Of a stretch of DNA of 64,000 nucleotides, positions 26,572 to 38,283 are shown in pieces (the stretch's first letter is position 1; the number at the start of each line of letters is the position of its first letter). The notes beneath the pieces are model-generated. The model was given only the letters and a program-made list of their open reading frames with translations, was not told where the DNA came from and did not search any database. The translations under genes and the position numbers were made by a program. The DNA is from Takakia lepidozioides (Eukaryota > Plantae > Bryophyta): NCBI GenBank assembly GCA_030704615.1, contig CM060733.1:25358001-25422000 (forward strand). Reading direction: 5' to 3'.

Positions 26572-28154
26572 TGCCTCATCTTTCCTACAGGATTCCCCCC
26601 CATCAGATGCGCCCCAGCGTATATCTCATAGTGAGCTTTGGCTCTCCTGCCATGTGAATAGGGTGGATTTTGTGAAAGATCGATAGAATTGTGCATATTG
26701 GATTGATGTGGTGTCAAAGCATCAACATATAAAGGAAGGTAGTTTGTTTGTTTGTTTGTTTGTAGCGTTGAAATGTCCCAAACCGCGGGGCCCCAGCCCT
26801 GGTGCTTGGTATCGTTGAAAAGCCCTCGATGAGGAGGGGTGCACCGACTTGGTCTCACCATCTTTGGAGGTTGGGTAGCAGCATGCTCACATGAGCAGAA
26901 GAGGATATACCAAAAATTCTTAGAATATTCTTGAAAAGATATTAAAATGTGCAATTTGTGCTCACGTGAGCACAAGCCACGGGAAGATGGGTTAGTCACC
27001 CTATTTCCATGGTTTGTGCTCAACTCAATTTTTCTTTAACAATTCATTAGCTAAATAAAACAATCTCAGGTCGTCTCTTATATGCAAAACCAAACACAAC
27101 ACATCTTTTCCCATCCCATCCCCGCATTTCTTTGCGGCTGTTGAATTTGCTGCATGCTCACATCTTACCTTTGTGCCCTGTTTGGGCTTGTCTTAGGGCA
27201 CTTACTCTTTGGCAGGCTAGGTGTTCTTTTGTTTATGAGGGAAGACCCCCCCGGGGCAGGTCAATTCTGTTTTGTATCTACCATGACCTGCTCACTGATG
27301 GGAGGTTAACTGCAGCTATTTCCAGATCTTCATAGCAACGCGAGACCAAGCTACTCAATGATTTTCTCCAATCCTGGGGAAAAATGGCACAGTCGGCACC
27401 AACCTTCCCTCTTTGCGTTTCTACTGGCATGGCACTATCCCCGCGGACTGGGAGGTCTCATGGTGATGGGGATGACGGTGACTTTAATTGGAGACATAAG
27501 AAGGCTCGCGTTACAAAGTCCCGAACCAACTTCAATTTTAGCTCTTTTACGTGTGCTTCATAGGATGTTCCCTGCTAGCTTAAACAGTGGCTCCTATTGG
27601 AAGTGCATAAGTGCTTCAATGACATTGCTTCGATCTCCATTGCTGATTTGGGGCACACCTAATCTGCCTTTGTCAAGCAGGTAGAATGCAGGCAGCCTGC
27701 AACAGCCTCGGCAGTCAACTCATCTTTCTCGTTTGGGCTTACTTTTTCTTCTACTACCCCTGATTCCACCACCCCACTCTCGTTGCCCCCTTTTGGAACC
27801 ATAATCCAACAATCTTCTCCCCTGTATAGCACCTCATGTAGCAAGTTAGCTTTGGCTCCGGGGAAGTTCCCCCTTAGTTAGCCTTCACGGCCTTCCTAGG
27901 TGGTTATTTTTTCCACCTATTTCTTTTTAATTAATTTGAGTAAAAAGGCCTCCGTCCCCTTTCTCTAAAAAATATTTAAAAAAAAGAAAAAAGAAAAAAA
28001 CACATTTTGTTTCTCCCACGAAACCATAGGATAATGACCTACACATCGTTACCTCGAAATTTCGCCAGCGAAATCCATTATTTCGATGGCACAACCCATT
28101 ATTTCGCTTGATTTATTTCGGTAACGAAACCCGTTGTTTGCCTCATTATATTAA

Positions 28155-28807
28155 CCCTTAAACGCCCAGTAGCCTGTTTTGGGCTTTTGGGTTTAAAAAA
28201 ATCTGAATAACTTTTTGAATTCTCCATGGAATTGTGTGAAAAAAAAAAAATAGTGTTCTTGGGCACCTGGCACACCAAGATTCATTGCCCGATTGCCTCG
28301 GATCTGCCAAGTTGCAAAGAGGTCTCATCACGCAAGCAGGGAGGTCACGATTTGATAAAGGTAATTCTCGTTGTTTCATTCTTCACACGTGTGTGAGAGA
28401 GGGAGAGAAACATGGGATTTTCCCAGGTTTGACCAAGTGGCACCATCACATGCATTGGCCAAATTGAATACTTTTTGGCTTGTTGGATGAGGGATCTCAA
28501 GAGGATGAAACCCTGCTAATTTCGCCTCAATCCAATTTGATCCCGTCACTCAAATCTTTAAAAAATTACCCAAAATGGATATGTTTCTCCAAAGGGCCCA
28601 ATAATGGGGCCCACATTCAACGGTGACATTTTGTGGATCTGGGGCTGATTGGCCTCAAATTCGGCAGGTGGATGCAGGAGGAAGGTACGCACCTAATGTG
28701 TGGTCAAGTTCTTTAAAAAGTTAATTTTCTGAAAGTTACACCTTTTTTCTACCTTAAGGGGTCATGTTTTCTGAAAAAGTCAAACTATAGCACTGGGCGT
28801 TTAAGGG
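28155..28807. mobile_element. piggyBac-type MITE (653 bp)
   Basis: Perfect 16-bp TIR CCCTTAAACGCCCAGT / ACTGGGCGTTTAAGGG, flanked by TTAA on both sides. Confidence 0.8.
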
Positions 28808-29660
28808 TTAAATTGTTCAACTATTGTTTGGTATTTGTGCGTTTTGGATGGGAAGAGGCTCTTAGTTACGCTAGCTTCGACTCGTGTCATATATATATGT
28901 GTGTGTTCACGTGTGTGTTTTGGATGGCGTTGGTTATTATGACTTTGTTTTGCCCTAATGTATTATTCTTTTGTAGGATACCAAAGCTATAGATATGTGG
29001 AACTTGGAGCTTGCACACTGCAGTCGTATATACCATACTACAGTCGTCGCTGCCGCGCCACATGGCGAGGCGCAATTGATTAAAAAAACTTAAATTAAAA
29101 AAACTTAAAAAAAAAAAAACATATGTCAGACGCCTCATCACACCGCATTGTGCCACGTGGCATAATGCATTTTATAATAATGAAAAAACCACATGGCAGC
29201 CCATCTAGGGTACCACGTGTTATCCCTAGCTCGCTTACTAACTTATCCATTTGAATGTACTTAGAGGAGTTTGAACCTGCAACCTCTTTAATATAAGAGT
29301 TATAGTTCACTACCTGCTAACCAATACACACATTAGTCATTCATGTGATCATATGGTGTTTTAATTGTATTATACATACCAAATTACAAAATCCCCAGTA
29401 ATCATCATGACTATGTAACCTCATCCTTGTCCACTGTAGTCATGGAAATGACTTATGAATGAGTGAGCAAATATTGTCAATTGTCTGTTGACCAGCCTTC
29501 CGCCCATTCCCGAGCCATGTAGTCATACAGACGACACTTAGGAAGTCGTTAATAGACTACAGTCGTATGAACGACTGCGGAGGTCAATTCATATAAACAC
29601 ATGGGCAGTCCGGTCAAAGCAAGAAAACCATGACTTACCACGTTTGCAGTCATAACTACG

Positions 29661-29746
29661 TGTCGTGCGCATACATATCGTTACACAACGACAATCGCTG
29701 TCCAAACCACACCACACATATAGCACAATAAAGTAGTCTGCCACAA
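29661..29746 (-). repeat. Terminal repeat Y2 (~86 bp)
   Basis: Direct repeat of 30101-30180 (TGTCGTGCGCATACATATCG...CACCACACATATAGCACAATAAAGT...GTCTGCCACA). Confidence 0.85.
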
Positions 29747-30098
29747 TGATAAACAAGCCATAGAGACAATGTGACACAAACATATGAAATCATCACTATC
29801 ACTCTTTATAATAGAAGTCGAGCCAGGGGCACCCCAAGCTGTGGGGACTCCACCCCACAACAACCTACACTCCCCATCATGCGTACACCAGAATTAAAGC
29901 ATTTGCAGGAGCTCGGTCGCGCAGGCTACTCAACTCGAGAAAGATGAGCCGCGCGACTGCCCGCTCTCGTGAAGATAAGACGGACCAGGTGTCAAATAAA
30001 CTTGAACCATGATTTAACACTTGACCTACATCCAAGTGTCAAATACAATAACTAGTTGTATTCTAGCTTGTTTTCACACTGTGCGTATTTAACTGACA
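29747..30098 (-). repeat. LTR-like repeat X2 (352 bp)
   Basis: Direct repeat of 40856-41206, bounded by TG...CA. Confidence 0.9.
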
Positions 30099-30100
30099 GC

Positions 30101-30180
30101 TGTCGTGCGCATACATATCGCTAACAACTACATCGGTACCAACCACACCACACATATAGCACAATAAAGTGTCTGCCACA
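30101..30180 (-). repeat. Terminal repeat Y1, directly after the PPT
   Basis: The minus strand reads AGGGGGCGAT (PPT-like, 30190-30181) immediately followed by TGTGGCAGAC. Confidence 0.8.
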
Positions 30181-30429
30181 ATCGCCCCCTAGCTGGTGGA
30201 TAGGTCCATCTACCTCCAGATAGCTACAAGATGTCATAGCCACGCCGTACTAAGTCCTCTATAACTGTCCTTTGTAACTCAAACTCTATAGACCAAGAGG
30301 CGGGGGTTTACAAGAGTAGCTCCATCGTTAGTCGCCATCTTGCAATCTGTGAACTTGAGCCAAGACCTCGTGTGTTCAAGGTCTCATAGTAGCTGGGCCT
30401 GGCGTTTTTGTTAGTTTCCATGGTTGTAT

Positions 30430-30605
30430 CCACTCCCACATATCCAATTGCAATGTGGCATTAACCAATCCCCATCCGGAACAATCTCACGAGGTGGAGG
30501 TGGAGTCAAGCACTCCCATATGCCAACCTCTAGAGCATCGATCGCACACCAGCATGGTGGCTGCCCTTTAGCAGACCCACACAACATGCACCTCAAACCT
30601 GCAGA
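30430..30605 (-). pseudogene. PHD finger at the C-terminus of the retrotransposon pol
   Basis: Read across frameshifts: LRCMLCGSAKG...MLVCDRCSRGWHM/ECLTPP...VPDGDWL.PHC (C4HC3 pattern). Confidence 0.8.
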
Positions 30606-30639
30606 TACCACTACCAGGTTGGGTCAATCCTTGCCTCCA

Positions 30640-31720
30640 TTCGGAAGGTGACATGGCGCACAATTACGCACATGGTCCTTCCAAGTTAGGCCATCACGAC
30701 CCTCCAGACCAAGACGCCTGAGGGCAAGCCTCTCGAACCCTCAAAATAACACGTTTGCAGTCACATCCAGGGTCGTAGGAGCAGTCTGCTGCAGATAGAC
30801 ATAGTCACCAGGGTTGAATCTCCGAACCCCAGGACGATAGCCCCCCCCAGTATGGTCGCATACCTCAACGTTATCACGGTGTTGTGCAAATGGCAAGGTT
30901 CTCGAAAGCCATGGGCATGACTCTCTTGAACAACTCTGCACGCTGCTCACATGCACGTGCCCACACGTCGGATCGTCAAGGTTAAGAACTGTAGCAGCTT
31001 CTCTGCGAATGGATGTAGGCAAATCCGGCTCTCGGCCAAGAAGAGAAGAGAAAGTATGGTGAGAAGGAGAGCAAGTGATGCTTGCGGGCTGAACTGTAGC
31101 CCATGGTTAACAAGGGAACTGAAGGTCCCAATCTCCTAGGTGTCCCTTCTGCAAAGCCATACTTGAGCCCCCCTCTTTATTGTCTGAACAACCTCTCTCT
31201 GCCAAGCCATCGGCTTCAGGATGATCCCCGAGAAGTGGTGCGGTGGTCTATCAAGGCCTTGTCACACAAAGCCTGAAACTCCCCCAAGAACTCTCTCCCT
31301 TGGTCCGTGAGTACCTCAGCTGGAGCAACGAATCGGCTAAGCACACAATCCAGGAATGCATCGCAGCTCCCTCACTGAGCCTTATCAGGCAATGGAACCA
31401 ATTCAATCCACTTGGAGAAGTGCTCCACCATCACCAACACGTACTTGTTGTGGGCATGGTCAGTGGCAAACGGCCTTGCGAAGTCAAGACTCCACCTGTA
31501 GCCCAATCCCATGATCGGAAGAGGTGCAATTGTGGAGTAGGGGCGTTGAATAGAAGCACGACCTGTCACACACCATGCACCTAGCCACAAATTGTTGAAC
31601 ACCTCTGTGTGCATACCACGCCACCAATACTGCCCTTGCAGTAGACTATGAGTGCGTCGCACCCCCCAAAATGCCCCAACTCCTATGGGCATGCCGCACT
31701 ACCGTGCCCGCTGTGTTGGG
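30640..31720 (-). pseudogene. DDE integrase (HHCC zinc-binding region, rve core, C-terminal region)
   Basis: GVRRTHSLLQGQYWWRGMH, PLPIMGLGYRWSLDFA, KYVLVMVEHFSKWIELVPL, VLTDQGRE, HPEADGLA, GDYVYL. Confidence 0.88.
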
Positions 31721-32079
31721 GAGGCACAATCCCCACTCGGACATCCTCCCACACTCGGAGCAGGTGTGTCCCCCTCCACCTGAACCTCTTGGCTCGTTGT
31801 TGTAGGTAAATCCCCTCTCCTTGGCAGTCATAGTGGCTGCCGTGTCTCCACTGCGCGGAGGTAGTCCAACACAACTGAATCCTCATGTATATCTTTGGCG
31901 TCACCCCTGCTCTTGTTTGGCTGGCCTCAGGGTCCTCAGACACATTGATCTACAGTCATCCCTGTTGTAGGTCCAACCTGGCTTCCGCTGCCAAGATACA
32001 CAGAAATGCAGATGCATGCCATCCGGGCACCATCTCCTCGTCCGTCTCACCATGCCACCGAGCTCAAGTGTCATCCTGC

Positions 32080-33420
32080 TGGCTCGTGCATGGATTGCGA
32101 CTCAACCCATCTGCATTTCGATTGACCATACCCGGTCGATGCACCACTGATGAAAGTCATACTCTTGAAGGATGAGTGCCCACGTGACAAGCTTCCCCGT
32201 AAGTTTGTCTGACTCCATAACCACTTGAGAGTGGTTGGTGATCCGGACAAGGTGAAGAGATTGCCGTATAAAATAGCACCTGAAGTGTGCCACGGCCCAC
32301 ACTGCAGCATAGCATTCTCCTCATATGAGCTATACTTAGACTCTGCAGCATTGTTCGAAGCGACTAGCATAAGCCACTACGAACCTCTTCCTCATCATCC
32401 ACCTGTGTGAGCACCGCTACAAGCCCCAGCATGCTCCAATCTGTATGCAGCTGAAAAGGACGCCCCCTGATAGGTCGTCTCAAGAGGGGCCGAGGGGCAA
32501 ACCTCGCTTGAGCTCTTGAAAAGCTTTCTTCTTGTCTCATTTCCCACTGCCACTCCTGGTCCACCTTGGTCAGCTTGGGTTAGAGCCTTTGCAAGGCACT
32601 AAATCCCTTAACAAAACGCGTCTGTAATAGTTTGCTAACCCCATGAAAGCTCGAACTCGGCTCACATCCGTGGGGCGGGAACCTGTGCAATGGACTCTAC
32701 TTAGTCTGCTGTACCCCCAATCCTCCATGATATATCATTGTGACCCAGATACTCAATCTGGTTGTGGAAAAGAAACAACTGCACTTGCCCGGATGTAACT
32801 TCAATCCGTGCGTCCTCAAGCGCTCAAATACCCCTGAAGGTGTCTCTCATTCACTCCACCGTAGCACTAAAGATGATGATGTCATCTATGTAGCACCGAG
32901 CCACTCCACCCCTGCTAGAATCCTGTCCATGACTCTTTGAAACTCAGCGGGAGCGTTTTTAAGCCCAAATGGTAAGAACCGCCACTGGTATAGGCAATCC
33001 TTCCCGTGCTCATTGATCCCCCAGAATGCCGTCTTTGCTTATCCGCCTCCTTGATCGGCAACTGGTGATATCCGGATCGTAAATCCAACGTGCTAAAGAC
33101 CTTGGAATGCCCAATGGCATCAAGATCTCCTCTGGTGTTGGCATGGCATACCTATCGGACTTGGTTTTGACGATTTACAGGCCGGTAATCACCGCACATA
33201 CGTCTCTCCGCCAATTGCCATAGACATCCTTCTTAGCTGGCATCCTGTGGCTGAAGCATACTCTCCACCAGAGAGCTCCACCAAAACTGCCTCCCAGAGA
33301 TTTGAGTCCTCATCTGAATCAAAGACCTCTCCATGTCACTGTTATCTATAGGGTCTCCGAAAGATGGGCGTGTCAGTGGCCAACTCAATACGGATCTCTT
33401 GACCCTTCAGTGCTCCCAAG
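32080..33420 (-). pseudogene. Gypsy-type reverse transcriptase and RNase H
   Basis: RMCGDYRPVN, FSTLDLRSGYHQL, RFLPFGLKNAPAEFQRVMD, YIDD at 32892-32881, PFQLHTDWS, AESKYSSYE, DHQPL, WALILQEYDF. Confidence 0.92.
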
Positions 33421-33899
33421 TCCTTCAAACTGAAGGGGAAAAGCAATTCCTATAAGCCCTCAGGAACCGCCGTATACGTCGTCTCTCTCTCCTCCGGTGA
33501 CAATGGGTCCAATGTCAGGCTCCCAATTGTCCTCCGTAACTGCAACTTTAAGTCCAGTGGGCTTAGAGGTTAGAGGACGCGTCCCGTGGTTGCTATTGCA
33601 ACCTCTTGAGCAGTAACCCCCTTCCTGCTCAGTCAATGACAAGGCCTCATCCTGCCCCATCATCTCATCATTGAGAACCTCCTCATCCCGAGAAGAATTC
33701 CAACCTCATCCATCACAGCTGCCTTCGCTGCCAACTCTTGAACCTCGAGCACCTCCCACAATGTGCCATGGATGTCTACACCTCGTGGTCCTCACGGCTC
33801 GCCCCCACTCGCTGCCTGTACCGTCTCGGTAGGCAGAGAGACCGTCAAGGGAAGTGCACTCCGCACTCTACGTGCTCAGCCATGCCAAAGCTGACAACG

Positions 33900-34820
33900 G
33901 GTCAAGCAATTGAGATCCATTGCTTGCCCCAACACCTGACGACGTGATGCTCAGAAAGAGAAGGCACCGCCGTGGTACCAGTGGAAAACCCCATAGCCCG
34001 CTCTCGCTCGTCGGCATTAGGCTCCAGTAACTACTTGCAACTAAGCATCCACAGGAGGCCAGGTCCACATCCCGAAAAGCATGGGATCCTGGGAAGCTGG
34101 CAGGTGTAGGTAATGCGCTCGTGGTTGACCACCCTGTTGACCACTGGCCAAAGGCGAACGGTCATCGTGTCTCACACGTTGAGACTGCCTTCTGTGTCCA
34201 AAATGCCATCCACTGGTGAGGTGTGCTGGCCGCTGCACCCCATCAAATGCACGCTTGAGCAGTGCGGGTGGCATCAAGTAGTCCACCTAGTCGTGGACGA
34301 TGAGGACGTGACCCCACTGCAGCTGCATCCAGAAACACTGCTGACCCAAGCCACGACCGGACTTGATGCACACTGGCCATCACCCTGGCCCGAGAATCAC
34401 CCATCAGGGGTACATTCTCCAAGATGTATGCTGCTGCAAGCAGAGCAAAATCCGCACCATCTCCCAAAACAGACCCGTCCTCGAGTCTCGCAATCCATTG
34501 CCATGCCGGCTGATGATGATGAATACCCTTGGCAGGGCCAACCTGCCACTATCAGATCAATGGAGCCAACCTACTCCAATCTTGCGCCCCAAACAAGGAA
34601 ATGTCTGCTGGCAAGGCTTGTTGGTATCCACGAACTGCAGACACAGGCAACAAGTCAGTGGGTATGCTGTTGTACCAACTGAGCCACATGGCGCAATGAT
34701 GAGACGCGTCGTGCAGTCTCATCCCTCTCCACATACAGGTAACGCCTTACCCGCACACCCTGCCTGTGCACAGCAGCCAATCCGGTGCTGATCCCGCCAA
34801 ACAAGTCCAGAAGGCAAATG
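33900..34820 (-). pseudogene. DNMT3-like cytosine-C5 DNA methyltransferase domain inside pol
   Basis: Motif I LLDLFGGISTG (34813-); motif IV IDLIVAGWPCQG (34561-34526); GLRDSRTGLFWEMVRIL; motif VI YILENVP (34428-34407); motif VIII LDAAAVGSRPHRPRL; motif IX ERERAMGF; motif X RRQVLGQAMDLNCL. All occur in canonical order. Confidence 0.88.
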
Positions 34821-35229
34821 CCTTCATCCGGCGGCCGCTGCCACACAAGAGGTGTGGTGTCCAATGGCGACAACTGAGGTGGCCCTGGTGAAATCACCGC
34901 ACTCTCCTCCTCTCCTGACGGTACAAAAGCTTCTCCCAGCTTGTTGCACCCGGTCCATCAGCAGCTTGCTGCAAATCCTTGCTCGTCTTACCCACAACGG
35001 AGTGTGAGCAACCATGGCAGGCAACTCCGCCGTATCATGCATGTCATCCTGCTTTGCTGGAGGTGGCACATCTCTGCATGGGCATTGCCTTCCAGCAACT
35101 CTCCAGGCCAACTAACGGCAGCTGTGAAGGCGGCTAGTGTTGGCATCTTGCCCGCTGGGCAGCTGCAATACCCCCAATGAATGTCACAGGAGCTGTGCAC
35201 GTCGACCATCCCCTGACTGCCATCCAGGC

Positions 35230-35600
35230 CTGTAGGATGCTGACTCCTCCCAGAAAATCCAGGGTGAAGCCCATGGGGTATAACACTGCCCCACCAACGA
35301 GGACATCGTAAGAGACCGCGTCTGTCACAATGGCTTGGCTCGCATCACTGAGCCATCTACAGGATGATCCGGCGCAGTCTAATAGCCAACTAATGTCGTG
35401 TCATGCCGAGAGCCTGCTCTGATCTCCCAGAGATGTCTGTATCTGGAAAGGACAAGGCTCCATATCCGCCTCCATGAGGCCCAAACTGCAATAGCAGCTC
35501 TGCCCAACATCAGTGGCTGAGCTCCTGAGTCCAACAAGACCGCAGTGGCCGGTACTTCTTGCCTGTTCGGTCCACTCAAAGTGAAAATGCCTCCCTGGCT
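35230..35600 (-). pseudogene. Retroviral-type aspartic protease
   Basis: VLLDSGAQPLMLG at ~35541-35505 and YDVLVGG downstream. Confidence 0.75.
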
Positions 35601-36170
35601 GTCTAACAAGACAACTCCAGGTGTCACCATGGCGCGCTCAATGGCTGGCCTAGCTGGCAGCTCCGTCAACCTGGCAGCTGCAACTTGCCATGGCGCAGCC
35701 GTGGCAGTCTTGACCCTCAAATCCGAGGATCCCTCTGCCACTACACCTTCCACTAAACTCCGCAGAAGATGAAGTGACCTCCCCACTCTCACAGAGTGTT
35801 GCTGCTGCTAGTCTGAACATGCAGCTGGTCTCACCCCCGGACGTCGCATCATTGTTGCGAGAACAGTGGGGCTGACACACAGAGGTGGTTGCCCCCATAA
35901 CACACCGGCCGCACTAGCCTTGGCAGCAGGAGTCAATGCTGCACGTGTAGCTCTCCCCAGAGGCATAGTAACCTCCGCCTCGGTAACAGTCGGGCGAGAA
36001 CTATGTGCCATGGATGGCGTCGACACAGTCTCCGCCAAGGTGAATGACTGAGGAAGCCTTGCCTGACGGCTTGCCTCCCCACGCCGTGGATCCAATTCCA
36101 CCTCTGCACCTCGTGGCTCAGGAACTCGTGCTGCTCCTCGAGTCACGGCTGCAGCAGAACTCCACCTGCT

Positions 36171-37765
36171 CTAGTGGTAGTGCTGCTCCGCCATAATCCC
36201 CATGCCTCCCATATCTCCTCCCTCAGGAGCAGGAGGTGGACCATCCCGCCTGGGAGCCGGTCCCGCCTGAGCTATAGCCATGGCAGCGAGCCTCTGCTCT
36301 AGCTGCTGAAGCCGGTTGGCCATGCCTTGATCAACGCCCTGACCTCCGCGTCCTTGGCCATGTTGAGCTTGCCCTTGGCCTGCACCTCGTGCCCGACCAC
36401 CTCGTCCTCTCTGGGCTGGTCCACCTCGCCCCCGGCCACCATTGTTCTCTTGGAACTGGCCTGGGCGCAACTCAGGATGCAAGTCATAACACTGGGCATC
36501 TCCATGCCCATACTTGCCACAATGCCCACACTGCAACTGTGCAGGCTGTGCTTGTGCCGGCCTTCTGCCACTCTCTGGGCAATCTCTCTTGACATGGGGT
36601 CCTCCACATGTCCAACATATCACCCCTGGTTGCTGTTGGCCTGCAAAAGATGCCACGGCCTCTGACATGAGGTCCCCTGTAAGCTCCATGGAACTTGGGC
36701 TGGGCAACCTTGCCCCCCTGACCACGCTGTTGGGCAGTCCTTGTGCTTGTGGGCTGACAGCTGTGCCCCGTACAGGCATGTCCTTGCCAAATCCAATGTA
36801 ACAACTCGCTCCTCCACCATGTTGAGCTCAATCCGCTCAGCCAGCAGAAAACACATCTGCTAATGTGGGTTGGGCTGCTTGTAACAGGGTTGCATCTCGC
36901 ACCCTTCTCTTGAGCTCCTTGTCCAGAATTCCATACCAAAACTGGATTGCCTGAGCTTCAGTAACCCTTGGGTCACACTTATCAAGCGCCTCATACGAGT
37001 GTACGCCTCTCGCAGGCTCTCACTGGTTTGCGCTGGAAGTCTTGCAAACTCGCAGCTTCTCTGTCCGTACACCTTGGTAGTTCCTCCGCAACTCCTGGAA
37101 GAACTCCACCACCGGGTTGAATCTAGGCACATGTGTTGTAGTTGTGGCAGGAGGAGTAGTAGCACCTTTTGAACTAGTTACCACCTGCAGAAGTACCAGC
37201 ACTACCTGCTCCACTACTAGTGCTGGGAGTGGGAGCTATTGGTACTGATGCAGCTACTGGTCGCGTCGTGCCTCGAGTAATGGAGACGTAGTCAGGTGAC
37301 CAATACATCCTCCACTCCTCAATCTCTCTTCATGTCCTCGCCTGAACTCGTGGTAATCGTCCATAAGCGGGCCTTCCAAATGCTGGAACAGTCCCTTCCA
37401 CGCCATGAATGGGGTGAATAGCTGTGGATTGCGCATCTGCTGCAAATCACACCAGCTGTCGAACTCCTGGATAAGTCATCCAACTCGATTGTGCCCACAG
37501 CTCCAGAGTACCTACGAGGCCCCTTGGTAGCTCCATACATCTCCTCCATGTCGTCCCACAACAATGGCGAATGAAAGTGCACACCTGTTGATGAAGCCTC
37601 CGAGTCTGTGTCTGACTCTACAGTAATTGAGGATGGCGGTGAAGGTGGTCTGAACCGAATACCTCGTCTTGTGAACCCACTCTCACTGTTACTGCCTGTA
37701 GCCGTACTCCCCTCACCACCCTTGGGTAACTCCGTAATGACACTCACAATGTGCACCTCCTCCAC
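36171..37765 (-). pseudogene. gag with two CCHC-type zinc knuckles
   Basis: CWTCGGPHVKRDC and CGHCGKYGHGDAQC, an RG-rich tail, and upstream capsid-like ESLREAYTRMRRLI. Confidence 0.8.
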
Positions 37766-38283
37766 GTGACACTATAAGGCTCTAGTACTAATCTAATAGT
37801 GACACGGGTGGGCACTGTTGCAGTTTTAAGGGTCATATCCAATGGCTCAGGGCACCTGCACCTGCATCCACCGCAAGAACTCCTATGGTTGGCTGGTCAT
37901 CAACCCAGCCTCACCATAGAAGAAACACTGGTGGTCTTGCTGGTCATCACTCCAGCCTCACCACCGACAGCATACTCTAGGATTGACCGGTGATCAAATC
38001 CGGCCTAATCCCTATGAAAGCAAGCGCCCACACAAAACCAACATGGCGCACAGTCAAGCATGCAGGTGTTGGGGGGGATCCAAACACAAGAAATCAAAAC
38101 ATCAACACCCCCACACCAAAATCCAGCTGCAATGCTGATCCTGCAGAATATCCCAGCCCAAAACCCCGGACTGACTGGCCTCCACCAAGAGAGGCTTTGG
38201 CAACTACGAGTACAAGGTAATGAAAATAGTACAGAGATAGAGGGGAAGAATAGAAGCCCGCCCAAGCAAGATCTAATCCTGAT

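Noticed and set aside
29010-29660. CACT(G/A)CAGTCGT-like start with reiterated CAGTCGT/CAGTCAT motifs, possibly a CACTA end
   Set aside because: No matching opposite terminus or TSD was found.
33900-34820. Host DRM/DNMT3 gene
   Set aside because: It is intronless, has an unpermuted motif order, and is colinear with protease and RT inside the element.
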